This document shows, one piece after another, positions 59,106-64,000 of a stretch of DNA of 64,000 nucleotides. The notes under the pieces are model-generated. The model was given only the letters and a program-made list of their open reading frames with translations. It was not told the DNA's origin and did no database searches. The stretch lies in the NCBI GenBank assembly GCA_964417755.1, contig CAYQJH010000002.1, forward strand, positions 2,693-66,692, in the 5' to 3' direction. The translations under genes and the position numbers were made by a program. The stretch is from an uncultured Planctomycetaceae bacterium (GTDB lineage Bacteria; Planctomycetota; Phycisphaerae; SM23-33). The stretch's first letter is position 1. Each line of letters starts with the position of its first letter.

Positions 59106-61376
59106 ATGGAAGACCTGTTCCCACAACCGAGTACGCCTGATGGCGCTTCAGCGGCACGGCCGGCCGGCGGTCGGATCGTCGGCGTGGTGGTCAACAGCAA
59201 TCTTTGGCGGGTCCTGCACTATCTTTGGCCCGCCGAGATCGGCGAGCCGTCCCTGGGCCAGCGCGTCTGTGTGCCTCTGGGCAAGGGCAATCGAAAGACG
59301 CTCGCATTCCTGGTTGAAACACAACCAAAGACGGACGTGCGGCCTGGCTTTACCGGCAGACTCAAGAACGTGATCGAAGTTGTCGATGCCCAGTCGCAAT
59401 TCGATCCTTCACTCTGGCAATTGGGCCAGTGGATAAGCAATTATTACCTCACGCCGCTGGGCATGACGCTGTCTGCCATGGTGCCGTCAGCCGTCGGCAG
59501 GCACGCGCCAAAACAGGAAGCCGTTGTCTTCCTGGCCAAGGAGCGCCGCGACTGGCCGCGAAACCTGGGCCTGCGGCAGAAGAACGTGCTGGACGAACTG
59601 TACGAGGCCCGCAGGCAAGGCGTCGAACCTTTGCCGCTTGAACAAGTGATGCGTCACAGCGGGGCCAGTCGGCAGACTGTCCGCACGTTGATCGACCGGG
59701 AACTTGTCCGCATGGATCAGCGGCCGGTCAGCCTGCCGGAGCTTTCGCAGGAGCAGCAGGCCGATCCATTCGAGCTGAACGAGGAGCAGGCCTATGCGCT
59801 GCGGCAGATTCAGCCCAGGCTCGGCGAGGGGTTTTCGGTCAGCCTGCTGCACGGCGTGACCGGCAGCGGCAAGACGGAGGTCTACATCCGCGCCATCCGC
59901 CAGGTGGTGCAGGCGGGCAAGCAGGCGATATTGCTTGCCCCGGAGATCGCCCTTGCTACGCAGACATTGGCCCGGCTGATCCAGCGCCTGCCGCGGGTGG
60001 CTGTGCTGCACAGCGGCCTGACCAGTGCCCAGCGGGCTTTCTATTACCAGCAGATTCGCGACGGCCAGGCCGCCGTCGTCGTCGGCCCGCGAAGCGCCAT
60101 CTTCGCCCCGACGCGCAAGCTTGGCCTGATCGTCGTCGACGAAGAGCACGAGCCCAGCTACAAGCAGGACTCCTCCCCGCGCTACCACGCTCGCGACGTA
60201 GCCGTCATGCGCGGGCGAATCTGCGGAGCGCCCGTGATTCTTGGCTCGGCCACGCCATCGCTTGAATCGCTGCACAATGCTCAGCAGGGGCGGTATGACC
60301 TGGTTAGGCTGGGCCATCGGGTGCGGGGCCTGCCGATGCCCCGGCTGCAAGTCGTGCACCTGCGCCACGAGATGGAAGATGGGCGGATCGAGCTGCTTGG
60401 CAAGACGCTCACGGCAAAGATGGCCGGCGTGCTCGACCGCCGCGAGCAGATCATCCTGCTGATGAACCGCCGCGGCTATGCCAGCTATGTCTTTTGCCCG
60501 TCGTGCGGGTGGATTCTTACCTGCGAGCATTGCTCGCGGGCGATGGTCTTCCATCAGGCCAAGCAATTGGCGCAGTGCCATTATTGCGACGACATAGCCA
60601 TCCTGCCGGAGCAATGCCCAGCCTGCAAGAAGAAGCTGCTGCTGTTTGGCTACGGGATTCAGAGGATCGAGAACGAGCTGGCCCGCAAGTTTCCTTCTGC
60701 CCGCATCGCCCGGATGGACAGCGACACGATGACCACGCCGCGGCAGTTCCAGCAGGTCTTCGAGCAGTTCGGCAGCGGCGAGATCGACATCCTTCTGGGC
60801 ACGCAGATGGTGGCCAAGGGATTGGACTTTCCGAAGGTCTCGCTTGTGGGCGTGGTCTCCGCCGACACCTCGCTGGTGATTCCTGACTTTCGGGCAGCAG
60901 AGCGGACGTTTCAGTTGATCGTCCAGGTCGCCGGCAGGGCGGGACGAAGCGACCGGCCGGGCGAGGTGGTTGTGCAGACGCTGCATGCGGACGAGCCGGC
61001 CATTGTTTTTGCCACAACGCATGATTACGAGAGCTTTGCTGCCAACGAGCTGGCCCTGCGAAAGGAGATTCTCTACCCGCCTTTTGCCAGGATGATGCGG
61101 TTTGTCATCCGGCATGAGAACATCGACAAGGCCCGCGGCGGCGCGGATCAACTGGCGGCGGAGCTGCGGAAGCTGCTGCCGGCGGGCAAGGTTCGCCTCT
61201 TTGGCCCGCAGCCTGCCGGCGTGCTGAAGGTCAAGAACCAGTTCCGCTTCCAGGTGTTGATGCTGGCCGGTCGGGCTGGGGCCGTGCAGCAGACACTGGC
61301 TGGACGAATGGAGGAACTGACGAGGAATAACCCAGCCGAAGTCATCGCTGACATCGACCCGATGCAGTTGATGTAG
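59106..61376 (+). CDS. priA: Primosomal protein N' (replication restart helicase)
   Basis: Walker A GVTGSGKTEVY, DEEH box and a PriA-specific zinc-binding cysteine cluster. Confidence 0.85.
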   Translation: MEDLFPQPSTPDGASAARPAGGRIVGVVVNSNLWRVLHYLWPAEIGEPSLGQRVCVPLGKGNRKTLAFLVETQPKTDVRPGFTGRLKNVIEVVDAQSQFDPSLWQLGQWISNYYLTPLGMTLSAMVPSAVGRHAPKQEAVVFLAKERRDWPRNLGLRQKNVLDELYEARRQGVEPLPLEQVMRHSGASRQTVRTLIDRELVRMDQRPVSLPELSQEQQADPFELNEEQAYALRQIQPRLGEGFSVSLLHGVTGSGKTEVYIRAIRQVVQAGKQAILLAPEIALATQTLARLIQRLPRVAVLHSGLTSAQRAFYYQQIRDGQAAVVVGPRSAIFAPTRKLGLIVVDEEHEPSYKQDSSPRYHARDVAVMRGRICGAPVILGSATPSLESLHNAQQGRYDLVRLGHRVRGLPMPRLQVVHLRHEMEDGRIELLGKTLTAKMAGVLDRREQIILLMNRRGYASYVFCPSCGWILTCEHCSRAMVFHQAKQLAQCHYCDDIAILPEQCPACKKKLLLFGYGIQRIENELARKFPSARIARMDSDTMTTPRQFQQVFEQFGSGEIDILLGTQMVAKGLDFPKVSLVGVVSADTSLVIPDFRAAERTFQLIVQVAGRAGRSDRPGEVVVQTLHADEPAIVFATTHDYESFAANELALRKEILYPPFARMMRFVIRHENIDKARGGADQLAAELRKLLPAGKVRLFGPQPAGVLKVKNQFRFQVLMLAGRAGAVQQTLAGRMEELTRNNPAEVIADIDPMQLM

Positions 61377-61470
61377 GGCGTTGAACAAATGGGGATACGT
61401 TTCACTCGATAATTGGATTACACTGGCAGCACGCGCAATTATGCCTCGCGGTCATCTTGCCGGCATGTGC

Positions 61471-61545
61471 CAGACGTCTGGCCTGCGTATACGAGGGCAG
61501 GATGCCCTCGGTACACGCGGGCGAGACGCCCGCGACACATAAAAC
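61471..61545. repeat. A-family repeat
   Basis: CGTATACGAGGGCAGGATGCCCTCGGTACACGCGGGCGAGACGCCCGCGACAC. Confidence 0.8.
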
Positions 61546-61614
61546 AGCCAAGTTGCGATGTGACACTAGCCGATTAGTTTGAAGTCGCGCGCAAGTTCAA
61601 GGGTGAGCACTGAA

Positions 61615-63108
61615 ATGGGAAGAACGACGTTCATCGTCTTTCTGCTGCTGGCTGGGCTGGCTGGCTGCGGGCCTGCATCGTCGGACCTTCCAGCCGACAT
61701 GCAGGCCTATGAAGCCCTTCAGCGCTCCGGCGGGCAGGCATATTCTCAACACGTGATTCTGTTGCACAATCTTCAGCGCGTGCTCGACGGCGACCTCAAG
61801 CCCGCCCAGCGAACCGCGTCGCTGGAGGTGGTGGTCTTCCTCGGCGGCGACGCCCCCGGCATTCGCAGCCAGTTGGCGTCCATGCTTCGCGATCCAGCCG
61901 CTCCGCCGGAGGTGCGGCAGGGCATATTGAGTTTCCTGCTGCGGAAGGACTACCCCGACCTGGCCGGCCATGTCGTCCAGGCCATGCCGCAATTGCAGAG
62001 GGATTCTGCCCTGCATAATTCCGTGATGGAATGGCTTAATCGTCATCCCACCGGCAGCGTGCTGTCGGAAGTCGTAGCCTTGTGGGCGTCCGAGCCAGCC
62101 ATCACCGGTCCGGGCGAAGATCGCTATCGCATGGTCATCGAGAGGATGACCGGGCGGATGTGGCAGGACGCCTTGTTGAATGCCATCAACACGCCGGACT
62201 TCACCGCCAGCGGCCAGGCTGTCGAGGTGCTCTTCAGGCGATTGGGCAAGCAGGCGCTTCGCACGCAACTTGAGCGGCTGGCCCCGCAGGCGCAAAGCTT
62301 GCGGCTGCTGCAGATGTTCCTTTTGCGATTCGAGTACATGCCCGAGACGGCCCAGGAATATGAATGCATTGTTCAGGCCGCCGGCAGCGGCCCGGCTGCG
62401 GTGGACGACACAGCCCGCCTGGCCGTGGGATGGAACGAAGAGGGCTATCGCTTCAACATCCGCGACCTGCACCTGCTGAGCCGCCTGGCCGGCGACCCGC
62501 TGCGTCGGCCGATGCGGCGATCGCAACTGCTGGCAGAGGTCGGGCAGGCGATCAACCCGCTTCAGCACGCCAGATCGCAGGCTGCCGCGGGCCAGAAGGA
62601 CGACCGCTTCTGGATGCGGGTGGATGCCCTTAGCATGGCCGACCTTTGGAACCTCAAGCTGCTGCATGAGTTTCTCTCGCGCCAGCGGACGCACATCGCC
62701 CTGGGCAAGATTGCCGCGGAGGATCGCAAGGATACCTCCGCCGCCTATGGCGGGCTGATCTTCTATCGGGCCGGGCAGGCTGAAGGGACGCAATATCCGC
62801 CCCAATCGCAGTCGGGCAATGACCTGGCCTACGTGCCCAAGCTCAAGGGCAAGTACGGCAACAAGGAGTACGACTTCCTCAAGGAGCAGAGAAATTCGCT
62901 ATGCCGGTTCATCTGCCACTTTGAAAAAGCGGCCAACGCCACCAAGTGCGGGCCGACGGCTGAGGAACTCAAGGACGCCGAAGAAGGCAACTACTACGGC
63001 CTGGTGCTGACGAGCCTGGGCGAGGAAACGATGGCTGCGCACTACTTCAATCCCACCGGCGAGGTCATTTCGCTGGGGATATATCCGCTCGCGATATCGG
63101 GAAAGTAA
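61615..63108 (+). CDS. Hypothetical lipoprotein (~498 aa)
   Basis: Signal peptide plus lipobox MGRTTFIVFLLLAGLAGC. Confidence 0.5.
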   Translation: MGRTTFIVFLLLAGLAGCGPASSDLPADMQAYEALQRSGGQAYSQHVILLHNLQRVLDGDLKPAQRTASLEVVVFLGGDAPGIRSQLASMLRDPAAPPEVRQGILSFLLRKDYPDLAGHVVQAMPQLQRDSALHNSVMEWLNRHPTGSVLSEVVALWASEPAITGPGEDRYRMVIERMTGRMWQDALLNAINTPDFTASGQAVEVLFRRLGKQALRTQLERLAPQAQSLRLLQMFLLRFEYMPETAQEYECIVQAAGSGPAAVDDTARLAVGWNEEGYRFNIRDLHLLSRLAGDPLRRPMRRSQLLAEVGQAINPLQHARSQAAAGQKDDRFWMRVDALSMADLWNLKLLHEFLSRQRTHIALGKIAAEDRKDTSAAYGGLIFYRAGQAEGTQYPPQSQSGNDLAYVPKLKGKYGNKEYDFLKEQRNSLCRFICHFEKAANATKCGPTAEELKDAEEGNYYGLVLTSLGEETMAAHYFNPTGEVISLGIYPLAISGK

Positions 63109-63114
63109 GCGGCT

Positions 63115-63290
63115 ACGACGAACAGCAGAATATCGAACAAGGATCTACGAATCTCGAAGTGAACGACAGGGCATCCGTTGTTCATGCCTCTGTTGTTGTC
63201 GTGTGGTTCACTTGGATATTCTGCTGTGCGCGCGCGTGAATAGGCCTTTCTTGTTGGATATTCGATATTCGCTGTTTCGGCTGTCCTCAT
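63115..63290. repeat. D-family repeat cluster (inverted copies) in a convergent intergenic spacer
   Basis: GAACAGCAGAATATCGAACAAGG ... CACTTGGATATTCTGCTGTGCG ... CTTGTTGGATATTCGATATTCGCTGTTTCGG. Confidence 0.7.
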
Positions 63291-63893
63291 CTACCCCAGC
63301 TTCTTCAGCACGCGATCTATGGCCTCGAATTCGCGCTTCATTTCAGCCAGCTGGCGTCGATGGTCCTGGACGATGCTTTGCGAGGCCTGTGCGAGGAAGT
63401 CCTCGTCAGTCAATCGCTCGGAGATTTCGGCGATGGCCTCGGCCAGCATCTCCATTCGCCGCCGGAGAAGTTCGATGCGGTCTTCCTTGGTGGAGGCCTC
63501 GTTCAGTACGCTGTCCAGCACATGATTGCTGACGAAGATCGGCGTGTCGAAGGCCACGCCGAGGGCGATGGCGTCGCTGGGCCGGCTGTCGACGTGGAAG
63601 ACCTCCTCGCCGCGGCGAATGTAGAGAGTGGCGATGAAAGTATGGTCGCGAATGTCGTTGATGAGGATCTTGATCAGCTTGCCGCCAAGGGTGGAAATGA
63701 CGTTGGCCAGCAGGTCGTGCGTCATCGGCCGGGGCGTGGGCTTGCCCTTGAGGCGGCGGTCTATGGCGATGGCCTCGCTGATGCCGATCATGATGGGGAA
63801 CGTCCGCTCGCCGTTCTTTTCGCGCAGGAAGATCACCTGCTGGTCGCCCAGCTCGGTAATCAGGATGCGAGATAATTCCATCGGCACATCCAT
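63291..63893 (-). CDS. Bifunctional nuclease (BFN/DUF151) family protein
   Basis: Conserved RPSDAIALG motif and N-terminal domain FPIMIGISEAIAIDRRLKG typical of DUF151. Confidence 0.7.
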   Translation of the reverse strand: MDVPMELSRILITELGDQQVIFLREKNGERTFPIMIGISEAIAIDRRLKGKPTPRPMTHDLLANVISTLGGKLIKILINDIRDHTFIATLYIRRGEEVFHVDSRPSDAIALGVAFDTPIFVSNHVLDSVLNEASTKEDRIELLRRRMEMLAEAIAEISERLTDEDFLAQASQSIVQDHRRQLAEMKREFEAIDRVLKKLG

Positions 63894-63928
63894 TACACGC
63901 CTCGATCCTTCCTGAGTCATTCTAGCGT

Positions 63929-63975
63929 GGCACGGACATCCTGTCCGTGCGTCTCATGGGCGTCTCGCCCATGTT
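63929..63975. repeat. A-family hairpin pair
   Basis: GGCACGGACATCCTGTCCGTGC + GTCTCATGGGCGTCTCGCCCATG. Confidence 0.6.
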
Positions 63976-64000
63976 TCTTTTGCTGTCGTTGCCGTAGCCT

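Noticed and set aside
59487-61388. 633-aa minus-strand ORF
   Set aside because: Antisense to priA.
61597-62805. 402-aa minus-strand ORF
   Set aside because: Antisense to the plus-strand lipoprotein gene, which has a canonical lipobox signal peptide. The minus frame has no features.

Overview
High-GC (~62%) bacterial chromosomal window, most likely from a Planctomycetota-type genome. That attribution is inference, based on an ECF sigma factor paired with a Ser/Thr kinase, secreted prenyltransferase/squalene-oxidase-repeat proteins, a type IV pilus locus, and many TTG starts and N-terminal extensions. About 45 real genes read from start to end: argC; rplM-rpsI; lemA; an SDR epimerase; an Smr-less MutS2; an aminotransferase; galK; envelope lipoproteins; an orphan MalK-like ABC ATPase followed by a NagB-LmbE fusion, a sugar-1-P nucleotidyltransferase and a second GalK-like GHMP kinase (a candidate amino-sugar salvage locus); a 1009-aa polytopic membrane protein; a long-form (Alu-domain) SRP RNA; a complete pilMNOP-pilB-pilT-pilC plus two-pseudopilin type IV pilus locus; hldE-gmhB plus an LPS-kinase-like gene; DegP; infC (non-AUG start)-thrS; glgP; an ECF sigma / Ser-Thr kinase / membrane-protein operon; priA; and a bifunctional nuclease. 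The many large antisense ORFs in the track are GC-driven artefacts. The most distinctive feature is that nearly every intergenic spacer carries one of at least five families of short GC-rich hairpin repeat elements (REP/MITE-like), including spacers inside the pilus operon. One composite copy is inserted in-frame into the activation loop of the Ser/Thr kinase. No CRISPR array, tRNA or rRNA was seen.
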